Assembly (NCBI GenBank): GCA_026415295.1 | Contig: JAOAHJ010000026.1 | Coordinates: 11,638 to 75,637, forward strand | Source of the DNA: Spirochaetota bacterium | GTDB lineage: Bacteria > Spirochaetota > JAAYUW01 > JAOAHJ01 | DNA: 64,000 nt | Direction of reading: 5' to 3' | Shown: piece after piece, positions 1-10,959 of the stretch | How the letters are laid out: every line of letters begins with the position of its first letter | Position numbering within the stretch: the first letter of the stretch is position 1 | Notes under the pieces: model-generated | What the model saw: the letters and a program-made list of their open reading frames with translations, nothing else | Database searches by the model: none | Told to the model about the DNA's origin: nothing | Position numbers and translations under genes: made by a program

Positions 1-857
1 GAATTTTTAAATAAAAAGAAAAAATAGTTTTTAATAAGGAAAAAATCATTTTTAGAATCAAAGTATAGCATTGGAAAATATAAAACAAAAACAATCAATA
101 ACCCTAGAATAATATAATAAAGATTGAATTTTAACTTAATATTTGAACTTAAAGATTCTAAAAAATATTTAAGTTTAAACAATCTTAAAACAACAAAAAT
201 TAAAAAAGCACCAATGCAATAAATAACTATCATATGAAAAAATGGCATTATTGCTAAGGAAAGAATGATACCAAATATTGATTTCTCATTTCCCTTATAA
301 AACCATTTATAAAAATCGATAAAAAACCAAGTAATAATAGGTATTACAAAATAAGGATTCCAGTAAGAGTTCGTATACTTAACACACCATGGAGAAAATG
401 AATAAAATATTAAAGAAATTAAAGAAATAATTTTCGCTTTTTCTAATTCACTAAAATTATTTTTATTTTTTTCTAAATTATCTTCTTTATTATCTCCAAA
501 AAGAATAAAACATAGTTTTCTTATCAGAAAGAAAGATAAAATATACACAAATATCATAAAATAGTTTAAAGCTTTTACTGTATTAAATATTTTTATTAAT
601 AAAAAAGCTATTAAATTTTGCCATGGACCAGGATTTCTAAATAGAACCTTTTGATGTGAAAAATAGTAAAGATTCATAGCATATTCTATAGCATCTACTT
701 CATCTATTTTGGAAAAGTGATTTGAAGCATAACCATACTCTATAGAATAAACTCTCAATAAGATCCCCAAAAATAGTATAAAGACCAAAAGAATTTTTTC
801 CTTTTTAATAGAAAATTTTCTAAATCTTATAAAATAATCCTCAAAAATAGTTTTCAT
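1..857 (-). CDS. GT-C (ArnT/PMT-like) membrane glycosyltransferase, 3' end outside the window
   Basis: Not in the ORF track. Hand translation from ATG at 857 (SD GGAG at 867-870) is open to the window edge: MKTIFEDYF...LGILLRVYS...KIDEVDAIEYA...FSPWCVKYTNSYWNPYF. It is polytopic, with the DE pair after TM1 typical of GT-C enzymes. Confidence 0.75.
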   Translation of the reverse strand, partial: MKTIFEDYFIRFRKFSIKKEKILLVFILFLGILLRVYSIEYGYASNHFSKIDEVDAIEYAMNLYYFSHQKVLFRNPGPWQNLIAFLLIKIFNTVKALNYFMIFVYILSFFLIRKLCFILFGDNKEDNLEKNKNNFSELEKAKIISLISLIFYSFSPWCVKYTNSYWNPYFVIPIITWFFIDFYKWFYKGNEKSIFGIILSLAIMPFFHMIVIYCIGAFLIFVVLRLFKLKYFLESLSSNIKLKFNLYYIILGLLIVFVLYFPMLYFDSKNDFFLIKNYFFFLFKN

Positions 858-1046
858 TTTTTGTTTCTCCTATTATTTTTTGAAACATATTATACTTAAT
901 TAATAGCTTCTAAAATAATTATATATTTGATTATATTTTTTTTTCTATTAAATTTTACTAAATCAAAAAATAATAAAAAAAAATTTTTTTATAATTAAAA
1001 CAAATTTTTAAAATTAATAAAAAAATCTAGATACACCTAGTATATT

Positions 1047-1886
1047 ATGAAAGAAATTAATGGCAGAATGTATTCTCTAATCTATGCTACGGCTGGTATA
1101 GGTAAAAGATTTGGTTTTCGCATACCTAAGCAATTTTATAAAGTTTATGGCATACCTCTTTTTATATATCCACTCCTAAAAATACTTCTTGTTGATAAAA
1201 TTTCAGAGATTATTTTTATTATAAATAAAGAGTTTGAAAAAAAATACTTTGAATATATTGAAACCTTTTTTTATGTAAAAGAGGATATTTTTAGCTATTT
1301 TTCTAACAAAAAGATTAATAAAAAAATATTAGATAAACTTATTAAAATTATTTTAAGGATAGATATATCAAAAAAAAGATTAAAATTCTGTTATGGTGGA
1401 GATATAAGGCAAGAATCAATTTACAATGGTCTAAAAATAGCAGATGAGGATAAAGTATTAATTTATGAATCATCAAGACCTTTTATAACATGTAATTATT
1501 TTGAAAAAATAATAAGTGACCCTTTTGAAAATATTACATATGGGGATGAAGTAAGATTTACTGTTTTGGAGTTTGAGAATAGAGTAAATTTAGAAAATCA
1601 AACTCAAACATATAATGTTTCAAATAAATATATAAACAGAATATTAGAAAGAGAAAAACTTGTGAATATTCAACTCCCCCAGAAATTTAAAAAAAATGAG
1701 TTAATGCTTGCACATGAAAAAGCAAAAAGAGATAAAAAAATATTTACGGATGATTCTTCATTACTCTTTTATTATGGAAAAGATATAAAAATATTAAAAG
1801 GAAACCCAGAAAATATAAAGATAACTTATAAAGAAGAGATAGATCTGTATAAAAGACTTTTTAAAAAATACTTAGATAATATATAA
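1047..1886 (+). CDS. IspD/TarI-family cytidylyltransferase
   Basis: AGIGKRFG..PKQF, RQESIYNGL, ESSRPF (usually HDxARP), QLPQKF, TDDSSL, NIKITY motifs. Confidence 0.8.
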   Translation: MKEINGRMYSLIYATAGIGKRFGFRIPKQFYKVYGIPLFIYPLLKILLVDKISEIIFIINKEFEKKYFEYIETFFYVKEDIFSYFSNKKINKKILDKLIKIILRIDISKKRLKFCYGGDIRQESIYNGLKIADEDKVLIYESSRPFITCNYFEKIISDPFENITYGDEVRFTVLEFENRVNLENQTQTYNVSNKYINRILEREKLVNIQLPQKFKKNELMLAHEKAKRDKKIFTDDSSLLFYYGKDIKILKGNPENIKITYKEEIDLYKRLFKKYLDNI

Positions 1887-1961
1887 TAAATTTGATAGCT
1901 TTTAAATATTTTATATTTTACATTTAGTATTTTGGTTATATTTATTTTTTATTTTCAATAA

Positions 1962-2708
1962 TTAATAAAATTTCATAAATCTCAATTTCCATACATTAAC
2001 AACGGCTTCTAAAAATATTTTTTTACTCATTTTAGATTTTCCGTTTGTTCTATCAACAAAAACAATTGGGATCTCTTTATACTTAAAACCTTTTTTATAA
2101 GCTCTATATTTTAACTCTATCTGAAAGGAATAACCATTAGAAATTATCTTATCAAGATCAATTGATAATAAAACTTCTTTTTTCCACAAATTGAAACCAC
2201 CAGTAAAATCATTTATATTTATCCACAATATTATTTTTGAATAAAGAGAACCACCTCTTGAAACAAACCTTCTTATAAATCCCCAATTTCTTACATCCCC
2301 TCCTTTAATATATCTTGAACCAATAATAAAATCAGCTTCTTTTGTAGCTTCAAGCATATCTTTAATATAAACAGGATTATGAGAAAAATCAGCATCCATC
2401 TGGCAAATATAATCAAATGAAGATTCAATTCCCCACTTAAAACCTTCAATATAAGCAGTCCCTAAACCCAATTTTCCTGACCTTTTTATAATATTAATCT
2501 TACCTTTGGGGTATTCATAAGATAGATCTTCTATAATAGTAGCAGTTCCATCTGGTGAATTATCATCAACAAAAAGAAGATGAGTAATATCCCATATTTT
2601 ATTGCCTTCAAAGTGGAGTTTTGTTAATATTTCTTCAATATTTTCAACTAAACTTACTACATTATCTTTTTCATTGTAGGTTGGAATAACTATTAATAAT
2701 TTTCTCAT
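1962..2708 (-). CDS. Polyprenol-phosphate mannose synthase-like GT2 (DPM1/Ppm1)
   Basis: [55 protein letters not shown] motifs. Confidence 0.9.
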   Translation of the reverse strand: MRKLLIVIPTYNEKDNVVSLVENIEEILTKLHFEGNKIWDITHLLFVDDNSPDGTATIIEDLSYEYPKGKINIIKRSGKLGLGTAYIEGFKWGIESSFDYICQMDADFSHNPVYIKDMLEATKEADFIIGSRYIKGGDVRNWGFIRRFVSRGGSLYSKIILWININDFTGGFNLWKKEVLLSIDLDKIISNGYSFQIELKYRAYKKGFKYKEIPIVFVDRTNGKSKMSKKIFLEAVVNVWKLRFMKFY

Positions 2709-2768
2709 TATAACCTCATTTGCTTTTTGTTTTTTATTTTATTTCTATATTTTTTTATTTGTTGTCTA

Positions 2769-3245
2769 TCATTTTTTCATTTTATCTATCTTAAATACAA
2801 TAAAGTGTGAACCTAAATAATTTAGAATCATTCCTCCAATTATACCCACTGCTTGAGCTATAATTTTATAACTAAATTTAATTATATCAACAAGAATAAA
2901 TAATATTAAAAGATTCATTAACAAACCTGTTAAACTCACAAATACAAACTTGAAATAATTTTGAAAACTTAATTTTTTTTCTTCATTTATTTTATAACTT
3001 TTTTGATCACCATTTAAATTTATTTTTTCCAATTTTTCTTTTTTTAATGAAAATGTCCATAATGAATTAATTATATAATTTTGAGTAACAGCAATAGAAA
3101 AAGCTATTATAGAACAAATTAAATGATTTATTTTTAAAAAATAGTTTGTAATGTAAAAAACAACTAAATTTGTTATAGTCCCAAGACCACCAGTAATCCC
3201 AAATTTAATAATTCTAAAAAAATTATTTTTAATAAATTTTATCAA
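2769..3245 (-). CDS. GtrA-family small flippase
   Basis: Four TM helices, KFGITGGLGT, NYIINSLWTF. TTG start with GGAGG SD at 3250-3254. Adjacent to the DPM1-like gene. Confidence 0.85.
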   Translation of the reverse strand: MIKFIKNNFFRIIKFGITGGLGTITNLVVFYITNYFLKINHLICSIIAFSIAVTQNYIINSLWTFSLKKEKLEKINLNGDQKSYKINEEKKLSFQNYFKFVFVSLTGLLMNLLILFILVDIIKFSYKIIAQAVGIIGGMILNYLGSHFIVFKIDKMKK

Positions 3246-3355
3246 ATTTCCTCCAAAATTATAAAATTAATTTTCAATAAAAAATTATCATAAAATAAGT
3301 CTTTTATTTGTTAATAAAAAAACACAATGTTTTTTAATTTCAAGTTTTATTTATT

Positions 3356-3393
3356 TTGAAAATTTTTATTTTTTTGTTAATCTTAACTAAATG
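3356..3393 (+). promoter_or_regulatory. Sigma70-type promoter, likely leaderless, for the GT2-ABC operon
   Basis: TTGAAA (3356-3361)-N16-TAATCT (3378-3383) with an extended -10 TG. The ATG follows 7 nt later with no SD. Confidence 0.45.
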
Positions 3394-4281
3394 GAGATTA
3401 TCAAAACAGACAAAATGTTTGAACCAGATATATCAATAATAATACCTGTTTATAATGAAGAAAAATATCTTCCTTATGTTATAGAATCTTTAAAATATCA
3501 AAAGACAGATTATAAAGCAGAAGTTATTCTTATAGACGATTGTTCAACAGATAATACATATAAAATTGCAGAAGAAGCTGGTTTCACTGTTTATAAAAAT
3601 ATAATTGATACTGAGGGAAAGAAATTAACAGTAACTGAGATGAGAAATTTTGGAGTTTCTAAATCTCATGGAAAAACAATATATCATATGGATGGTGACA
3701 CTATTTTTTCAGAAAACTTTTTTCAAAATATGCTTGATCCAATATTAAAAGAAGGTTTTGATATAACACTTGTATTTAAACATAAACCTTTTGAAACAAA
3801 AATAAAAAAAGTTTTTCCTTCAAAGTATTCAAAGTCTTTTGCATTCATTATAAATAATCTCCCATCTATACTATTTCTAAAAATACCTGTTAGATTTTTT
3901 ATATGGATTTCAAATTGGTTAAAAAAAATGTTAAAAGAAAAAAAATATATTTCTATTTTCGAGATCCCAGATAGAGTTAACGGTTCAGCTTTACTTGTTA
4001 AAAGAGATATTGCAATAAATTCAGGAGGATGGAAGAAACCTTTTGGCTCACATGCTGATACAGATTATTGTTTAAATTGCTTCAAATTTGCTAAAAAAGT
4101 TAAATGGATTACAAATGTTACTCTATTCTATTCAATAAGAAGACACTTCCCAGAAAACGATTTATGGATTTTTGAAAAAATATTTTCTCCATTTATCAAT
4201 ATTCTTGATAAAATATTCAAGATAAAATCTAAAAAACATAGGAACGAAAAAGGGTATATTAAACCTGAAGGTAAAAGATAG
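3391..4281 (+). CDS. Glycosyltransferase family 2
   Basis: ISIIIPVYNEE, ILIDDCSTDNT, MDGD (DxD). Confidence 0.85.
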   Translation: MEIIKTDKMFEPDISIIIPVYNEEKYLPYVIESLKYQKTDYKAEVILIDDCSTDNTYKIAEEAGFTVYKNIIDTEGKKLTVTEMRNFGVSKSHGKTIYHMDGDTIFSENFFQNMLDPILKEGFDITLVFKHKPFETKIKKVFPSKYSKSFAFIINNLPSILFLKIPVRFFIWISNWLKKMLKEKKYISIFEIPDRVNGSALLVKRDIAINSGGWKKPFGSHADTDYCLNCFKFAKKVKWITNVTLFYSIRRHFPENDLWIFEKIFSPFINILDKIFKIKSKKHRNEKGYIKPEGKR

Positions 4282-4294
4282 AAGAGGGAATTAG

Positions 4295-6196
4295 GTGAGA
4301 ACAATAGTAAAATTAATTAAAATTTTTATTAAAAGAAATTTCTTTTTATTCTTTATAACTTCAATAATGATTTTATTATCCTCAATTTTAACTATTTTTC
4401 AAGCTGAAGCAGGACAAGCTTTCTTCAGTATAATTAACCAAATTTCTTTTCAAAAAAATATAAACACCAATATTGATAAAGATAATAAGCAGACAAACTT
4501 CAAAAGTTTTATTTCAAATCTCCTTAAAGCAAGATCGATAGATGATGCTGTCAAAATTCTAGTAGAAAGTAGAAATCTTTTATACATTTTTCTATCAGGT
4601 ATTTTTATAATTTGTCTTTTTTTTCTTTATCAACTATTCTTTTATTTACAAAATTGTTTTAGTGGTACACTTGGGCTTGAAGTTTCCTTAGAATATTTAA
4701 GAAAAACTTTCAATAAATTACTTTTTTTACCATCAATATTTTACAAAGGAAAAGGTCAAACTGGTGATCTAATTTCGAGGTTAACAAATGATATTCAAAA
4801 TATAAGAGTTTACTCTTTATATATCCTTATTACTCTCTTTTCTACTCCTATTCTTGTTATATTTTCAGTTTTCATGTTACTTAAAAAAAGTTTAAAATTT
4901 ACTCTCGTAATAGTAGGTTTTGGTCTTATTGCTTTTTTGATAATTAATATTATTTCAAAAATTATCAAAAAATTTGCAACAATAAATATGCAAAAAATTT
5001 CAAAAACAACAGATTATATAAATAAAACAATATATGGTATTGATATAATAAAAATATTCAATAAAAATCAAAAAGAGAAAGAAAATTTTGATAGAGAGTT
5101 AAAAGAGTATAAAAAATCTTTTATTAATAGATTTTTTCTTGAATTCTCAGTAAGACCTTTAACAGAACTTATTGGAGCATCTATACTTATATTTGTACTT
5201 CTTGTAGGAGCTTATTTGATATGGCAGGGAAGAATGTCTATTGAAAAGATTTTTGGATTCATTATATACCTTCTTATTTTAAGTCCAAAGGCAAATGAAC
5301 TCTCATCTCTTCTCTCAAATATAAAGATACTGGAAGCTTCTATCGAAAGAATAGAAGAGATTCTGCTACTTGAAAATGAAGATATCCATTTTGGTAAAAA
5401 AGAATTAAAAAAATTTGAAGGTGAAATAGAATTTAAAAATGTATCATTTTCTTATGATAAATTTTATTCTAAACAAAATTTAATAAATAAAAACATAAGT
5501 AATGAAACCACGATTCAGTTTCCTCACCAGCTAAAAAATGTATCTTTTAAGATTAATAAAAATGAATTTGTTGCAATAGTCGGCCCTTCTGGTTCTGGCA
5601 AAAGTACAATTGTTAATTTAATCTCAAGCCTTATCTATCCAACTTCTGGAGAAATTTTATTTGATGGTGTTAACTATCAAGAATACACTCTTGAATCTAT
5701 TAGATACCACATATCTTATGTTACTCAAGAAACAATTTTATTTCCTGACACTATTTATAATAATATAGCTTTTGGTATAAATAATACTAATATGGATGAA
5801 GTAATTTATTATTCAAAAATTGCTTTTGCTTATGATTTTATTATGAAATTACCAGACAAATATAATACAGTTATTGGTGAAAGAGGGGCAAAACTTTCAG
5901 GTGGTGAAAAACAGAGAATTGCCATAGCTCGTGCTTTAATTAAAAAACCTAAAGTCTTAATATTTGATGAAGCTACATCAAATCTTGATAATGAATCAGA
6001 AAATTTTATAACAAAAGCTATGGAAAATATATCGAAGCTTCAGACTACTATTGTAATAGCTCATAGACTATCTACTATATTAAAAGCAGATAAAATAATA
6101 GTCCTAAAAGAAGGAAAAATTGTTGATATAGGTAAACATTTTGAACTAATCGAAAGATGTGAGTTATATAAAAATTTACAACAAATTAATTTTTAA
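4295..6196 (+). CDS. MsbA-like ABC exporter (TMD+NBD)
   Basis: GTG start, TM domain, GPSGSGKST, LSGGEKQRIAIARA, DEATSNLD, IAHRLST. Confidence 0.9.
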   Translation: MRTIVKLIKIFIKRNFFLFFITSIMILLSSILTIFQAEAGQAFFSIINQISFQKNINTNIDKDNKQTNFKSFISNLLKARSIDDAVKILVESRNLLYIFLSGIFIICLFFLYQLFFYLQNCFSGTLGLEVSLEYLRKTFNKLLFLPSIFYKGKGQTGDLISRLTNDIQNIRVYSLYILITLFSTPILVIFSVFMLLKKSLKFTLVIVGFGLIAFLIINIISKIIKKFATINMQKISKTTDYINKTIYGIDIIKIFNKNQKEKENFDRELKEYKKSFINRFFLEFSVRPLTELIGASILIFVLLVGAYLIWQGRMSIEKIFGFIIYLLILSPKANELSSLLSNIKILEASIERIEEILLLENEDIHFGKKELKKFEGEIEFKNVSFSYDKFYSKQNLINKNISNETTIQFPHQLKNVSFKINKNEFVAIVGPSGSGKSTIVNLISSLIYPTSGEILFDGVNYQEYTLESIRYHISYVTQETILFPDTIYNNIAFGINNTNMDEVIYYSKIAFAYDFIMKLPDKYNTVIGERGAKLSGGEKQRIAIARALIKKPKVLIFDEATSNLDNESENFITKAMENISKLQTTIVIAHRLSTILKADKIIVLKEGKIVDIGKHFELIERCELYKNLQQINF

Positions 6197-6252
6197 TTTG
6201 TATCTTTAATCTATTTTTGTTTAGTAAGAAATAGGACTTAAATAATTAAAAA

Positions 6253-7647
6253 CTATTCCACAAAAATAAAATCTATAAATTCAAGATATGATAGAAGATT
6301 AATAAAAAAATAATTCTTTTCAAAATCTTCATTTTTTATTTTAATAATCAAAACTCTTTTATTTTCTTCAATATTAAAATCTTCTTGTTGTTTTATCTCT
6401 TTTGAAATATCTATATTTTTACATTCAAGTTCTTTTAAGTCTTTTAGTTTATTTATATTTCTTATAATTTTTTCAAAAAATAAATTGTTTAAATCAGAAG
6501 GCAATTCCTTTAAATTCATAACTATATTTTCATAATTAATAAAAATAGCTTCAAACTTCTTTATATTTAAATAATTTAATATTATCTCTTTTTTGCTTTT
6601 TTCTTTTACAATCTTATCATCAATATCATAGTAATGAAATTCATATAGATCATATAAAGTAATAGGAACTGTTCCTACTTTTTGCACTACTATTGAAGCA
6701 CAGGTGTTTGCAAATTTTATAGAATCTTCAATCGTCTCACCACTTAAATAAGCAAGGGTTATTGCGGCAGAAACTGTATCTCCAGCTCCAGAAACATCAT
6801 ATACTTCTTTTGCATAAGCCCTAAAATGCTTAACACCATATTTGTTAGCTAATGAAATTCCTTTTGCTGATCTTGTTAAAACAATATTTTCAAAACTATA
6901 TTTCTTCAGAATGCTTAATGAAGCTTCCTCTATTATCTTATCTTCATTTTGCAAAAAGCTCCCATAAGCATCAGATAACTCTTTTAGATTAGGTTTAATA
7001 ATAAAAGCACCCTCATATTTTTTCCAGTTTTTTGATTTAGGATCAACAATTATAAACTTCTTTTTTTTATTACATAGATCTATTATTTCTCTGCATAACC
7101 AAAATGAACATACACCCTTATTATAATCAGAAATAATAACACCATCATAATCATCTATTATATCTTTAAATTTTTCTATTATTTTATAATGATTTATATT
7201 TTTTCTCTCTTTATTTTGATTTAATTTTTCTTTCATTCTCTCTTCTGTTTCTAAGTCAAAATTATTAAAAAACTTAAATGGATCATCCTCGAAATCCACC
7301 CTTGCTATTTGTTGCCTATTATCTCCAGAGATTCTTATTTTTGTTACAGTTTTTAGTTCTGTTTCAATTATATAATTTTTTATATTCTCTTTTTCTAAAA
7401 TATTCTTTAATTCTTTTCCATTCTCATCATTTCCACAAAAACCCAATAAAAAAGATTTCCCTCCAAGCTTATTAATATTATTACACACATTTGCAGCTCC
7501 ACCTGGATTAAATTTCACAGTTTCAACATTTACAACGGGAACAGGAGCTTCAGGAGATATTCTTTTAACAATGCCTGAATAATAACCATCAAGAATAATA
7601 TCTCCAACAACAATCACTTTAATATTTGAAAAATCTTTTATTCTCAT
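6253..7647 (-). CDS. hldE: HldE/RfaE heptose-7-phosphate kinase with a degenerate C-terminal adenylyltransferase domain
   Basis: RISPEAPVPV, GGAANV, SDYNKG, DVSGAGDTV. The C-terminal ~125 aa lack the TNGCFD and HxGH motifs. Confidence 0.85.
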   Translation of the reverse strand: MRIKDFSNIKVIVVGDIILDGYYSGIVKRISPEAPVPVVNVETVKFNPGGAANVCNNINKLGGKSFLLGFCGNDENGKELKNILEKENIKNYIIETELKTVTKIRISGDNRQQIARVDFEDDPFKFFNNFDLETEERMKEKLNQNKERKNINHYKIIEKFKDIIDDYDGVIISDYNKGVCSFWLCREIIDLCNKKKKFIIVDPKSKNWKKYEGAFIIKPNLKELSDAYGSFLQNEDKIIEEASLSILKKYSFENIVLTRSAKGISLANKYGVKHFRAYAKEVYDVSGAGDTVSAAITLAYLSGETIEDSIKFANTCASIVVQKVGTVPITLYDLYEFHYYDIDDKIVKEKSKKEIILNYLNIKKFEAIFINYENIVMNLKELPSDLNNLFFEKIIRNINKLKDLKELECKNIDISKEIKQQEDFNIEENKRVLIIKIKNEDFEKNYFFINLLSYLEFIDFIFVE

Positions 7648-7845
7648 AATTTTCTCTTACCCACTTAATATTTCTTAATACATTTTTTATACATTTTCTA
7701 AATTTTTTTATATTATTTTTTATATTATTAAAGTTATTTTTAACCTTATTATCTTAAATTATTAATTTGTCAAAAAAAAATTTTTATATAAATTTTTTAA
7801 GATATTTAAATAAAAAAAACTAAAACACACAAACAGGAATCTTTT

Positions 7846-8898
7846 ATGAATATTTTAATAATAGGTGAAAAATATTTTGCACAAAAAATAAAAAATTCTT
7901 TAGAAAAATTTGACAAAAATAATAAATATTATTTTACAAATACTTATAAAAACCCACTTGGAATAATTAAATATTTTTTCTTACTTTTAAAATCTAATTT
8001 ACTTATCTCAATAAAAGGATATATAAGAAAAAAAAATGAGATTGAAATTGCATTCTTGTTTAGAAAAAAAATAATTTTTTTTTGGATTGGTTCAGATGTT
8101 TTGGATGCTATTAAAGTTTTTAATATAAATAGAATATCAAAAAAATATATAGAAAAACCATACCATTTTTGTGAAGTAGAGTGGATAAGAGATGAGCTTA
8201 AGAAAGTAGGAGTAGAAGCTAAAATATTAAATTTTGTTTCTATAAAAATGCCAAAAATTTTTTTAAAGAATGATTATGTTAATTTAGGCCAAGGGCAAAA
8301 TATAGATTCTTTAATAACTAAATCTTATGATCTCCTAAACAAAGCATACTGTGAAAATAAAACTCATTTTATTATATTATCATATATTAACAAAAATAGA
8401 CCTGAATTTTATGGGTTAACAAAAATAATTAATATTGCTTCAGACTTAACAAATTTTGAAAAACAGAATAATTCAAAAGTTAAAATCAAGTTTATAATAA
8501 CTGGAATTACAGAAAATGAGACTATAAGATATTATAAAAAAAATAATAAATTAATTAATATTCCTGAAAATATTTTTTTTAAGGGATACATAAATAGTAT
8601 GGAACAAGAATATTTAAACTCTCATTTATTTCTTAGGCTAATAGAACATGATGGGTTGTCAACTTCTGTTTTAGAAGCTCTTTCCTACGGAAAACATATT
8701 ATTTATACATATAATTTTCCATATATTTATGGGGTAAAAGAAATTGATCCAATTAAAGAAAAAATAATTGAACTTTATCATAAATTTTTAAATAATGAAT
8801 TAAAAGCAAATATAGAAGGTATAAAATTTGTTTTATCGAACTATATTGAGGATATTACAAATAAAAAAATATTGGAAATAATAAAAAAAATTACATAA
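7846..8898 (+). CDS. Glycosyltransferase family 4-like (GT-B)
   Basis: WIGSDV and HDGLSTSVLEALSYGK (EX7E-type motif). Confidence 0.7.
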   Translation: MNILIIGEKYFAQKIKNSLEKFDKNNKYYFTNTYKNPLGIIKYFFLLLKSNLLISIKGYIRKKNEIEIAFLFRKKIIFFWIGSDVLDAIKVFNINRISKKYIEKPYHFCEVEWIRDELKKVGVEAKILNFVSIKMPKIFLKNDYVNLGQGQNIDSLITKSYDLLNKAYCENKTHFIILSYINKNRPEFYGLTKIINIASDLTNFEKQNNSKVKIKFIITGITENETIRYYKKNNKLINIPENIFFKGYINSMEQEYLNSHLFLRLIEHDGLSTSVLEALSYGKHIIYTYNFPYIYGVKEIDPIKEKIIELYHKFLNNELKANIEGIKFVLSNYIEDITNKKILEIIKKIT

Positions 8899-8985
8899 TA
8901 AATTAATAAATAGATTTAAAATTTGAATTAATTTTTTTTTATATTATTATCTTGAAAACAATTTCTTCCAAAAAAATAATAAAAG

Positions 8986-10959
8986 ATGCAAAGTTTTACA
9001 GTAATTATTAGTAGAGAAAATAAAACATGTTTTTCTTCAATTGATTTTTCTAAAATTTTTGAAGTTATTTCAAATGAATTAAATTTAACTTCGAATCTAT
9101 ATAGCATAACAACAACAGAAAAGCTAAGTTATGAATTTCATTTAATAAGTAGTAAAAGTAATTTAAAAATTAGAATTTTTATAGACTTAATAAAAAATAG
9201 ATCAAAATTATTTAAGTTTTCAGACAATAATCTAATTATATTAATATATGGAACTTTCTTAAATATTAAAGATTTTTTTTATAAAACAGATGAAGAAAAT
9301 CAAGATATAATATTACTATCAGATAAAGTAAAAGATTATTATATAAAAAATGATATATATACTTTTTTAAAAAGCATAAGAGGTGCATTTAATGGCATTG
9401 TTATAGATAACAAAAATGAAGAAATATTTGTATTCAATGATCAAATAGGATCAAAACCTATATTTTTTAGCATCCTTCAAAAGGAAGAAACCTTTATTTT
9501 TTCTTCAAAGTTATCTATAATTTCAAACTTTAGAAAAAAATTATATTATAAAAATAAAGCTAACTTAAATGCTTTTTATCAGATGCTATCTTTTGGCTAC
9601 CTTCTAAACAATGATACTTATATAGAAGAAATTATAAAATTTTATCCCGGCCAATTTGCTTTTTTTTCTTTAAATAAAAGAAAAACACCACTAAATATTA
9701 ACAAAAATAATTTAGACAAAATTAACTTAGAAATCAGAACCAATATTGAAGAAGAAGATTTTAAATTCATCTTAGATAGATATTTTATCTTAAAAAATTC
9801 ACCAATAATAAATGGTAAAATAGATGAAATTATTTATGAAATATTTAATAAATATATTGAAACAATTAAGTTGATTTTTGAATATGATAGATTTATTTAT
9901 GGTTATTTTTTTCAAAAATCTATAAATAACGAAAAAAATAGTATAAAAACAGATAACTTTAAACACTTTACTTTTCTCTCTGGAGGGCTCGATTCAAGAA
10001 TATTAGTCGGTCTTGCTTATAAAGCAGGGTATAAAAATATTTTATCAATAAACTTTGCTCAATCATTTTCTCAAGATAATGAATCAGCTCAATTAATTGC
10101 AGAAAAACTTAAAATAGATTATATTTTTAACTCATTAAACTACGGAAATTATCTCACAAAAAACTTAGATGAAATTTTAAAAGCAAACGATGGGCTTATA
10201 TTTTTTGCTGGTGCTTCTCATATGTTCGACACTATTTCAAAAATAAATTTAAATAATTGTGGCTTACTTATTAATGGGATTCTTATAGATGGATTTATGG
10301 GGGGTTATCTTGATCTATCAAATAAAAAAGATTTTTATAAACATTGGGCTTCATCAACTAAACTTATAGATAAAATAAATAATATAAATCAATATATTGA
10401 TTTTTTCGAGACAAGAGAAGAGTTTAATTCTTATAATAGAGGTATTAATGCAATAACTAATGGGTTCAGAATGATCGAATTTTTTGCAGAGTTTGCATCG
10501 CCTGCAAATGATTATCTACTATCCGATTTTGTTTTTAGAATTGGTCAAAAAATAAAATTTAGAAAAAATATATATGAAATTTTAAAATACGATCTTATTA
10601 TAAGATATCTCCCTGAGTTAAGGTGGATACTTTATCACAACAATCTTTCCCCAGTAATTGAAAATAAAATTATAAGCTCTATTTTTCATCTTCTAAATAA
10701 TATAAAAAGAATAATTATAAATAGGCCTTACTTTTCTCAAAATCCTTTCAAAAAATGGCTAAAAAATAATCCAAATATTATAAATAATTTTAATAAAATA
10801 TTTAATCTAGAAATAGAAAAAAATTTAAATATTTTGAATACCAATAAAGAACTTCTAAACGATATTAGAAATCTTTATTTCGAAGGTAATTTATCTGAAA
10901 AATCTATGACAATAACTTTGCTTAAAAGTATAAATTTACACAAAATTGATATTTTATGA
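8986..10959 (+). CDS. Asparagine-synthase-related amidotransferase/amide ligase
   Basis: IRGAF...NDQIGSKPIFF GATase-like segment and LSGGLDSR PP-loop. No N-terminal Cys. Confidence 0.8.
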   Translation: MQSFTVIISRENKTCFSSIDFSKIFEVISNELNLTSNLYSITTTEKLSYEFHLISSKSNLKIRIFIDLIKNRSKLFKFSDNNLIILIYGTFLNIKDFFYKTDEENQDIILLSDKVKDYYIKNDIYTFLKSIRGAFNGIVIDNKNEEIFVFNDQIGSKPIFFSILQKEETFIFSSKLSIISNFRKKLYYKNKANLNAFYQMLSFGYLLNNDTYIEEIIKFYPGQFAFFSLNKRKTPLNINKNNLDKINLEIRTNIEEEDFKFILDRYFILKNSPIINGKIDEIIYEIFNKYIETIKLIFEYDRFIYGYFFQKSINNEKNSIKTDNFKHFTFLSGGLDSRILVGLAYKAGYKNILSINFAQSFSQDNESAQLIAEKLKIDYIFNSLNYGNYLTKNLDEILKANDGLIFFAGASHMFDTISKINLNNCGLLINGILIDGFMGGYLDLSNKKDFYKHWASSTKLIDKINNINQYIDFFETREEFNSYNRGINAITNGFRMIEFFAEFASPANDYLLSDFVFRIGQKIKFRKNIYEILKYDLIIRYLPELRWILYHNNLSPVIENKIISSIFHLLNNIKRIIINRPYFSQNPFKKWLKNNPNIINNFNKIFNLEIEKNLNILNTNKELLNDIRNLYFEGNLSEKSMTITLLKSINLHKIDIL

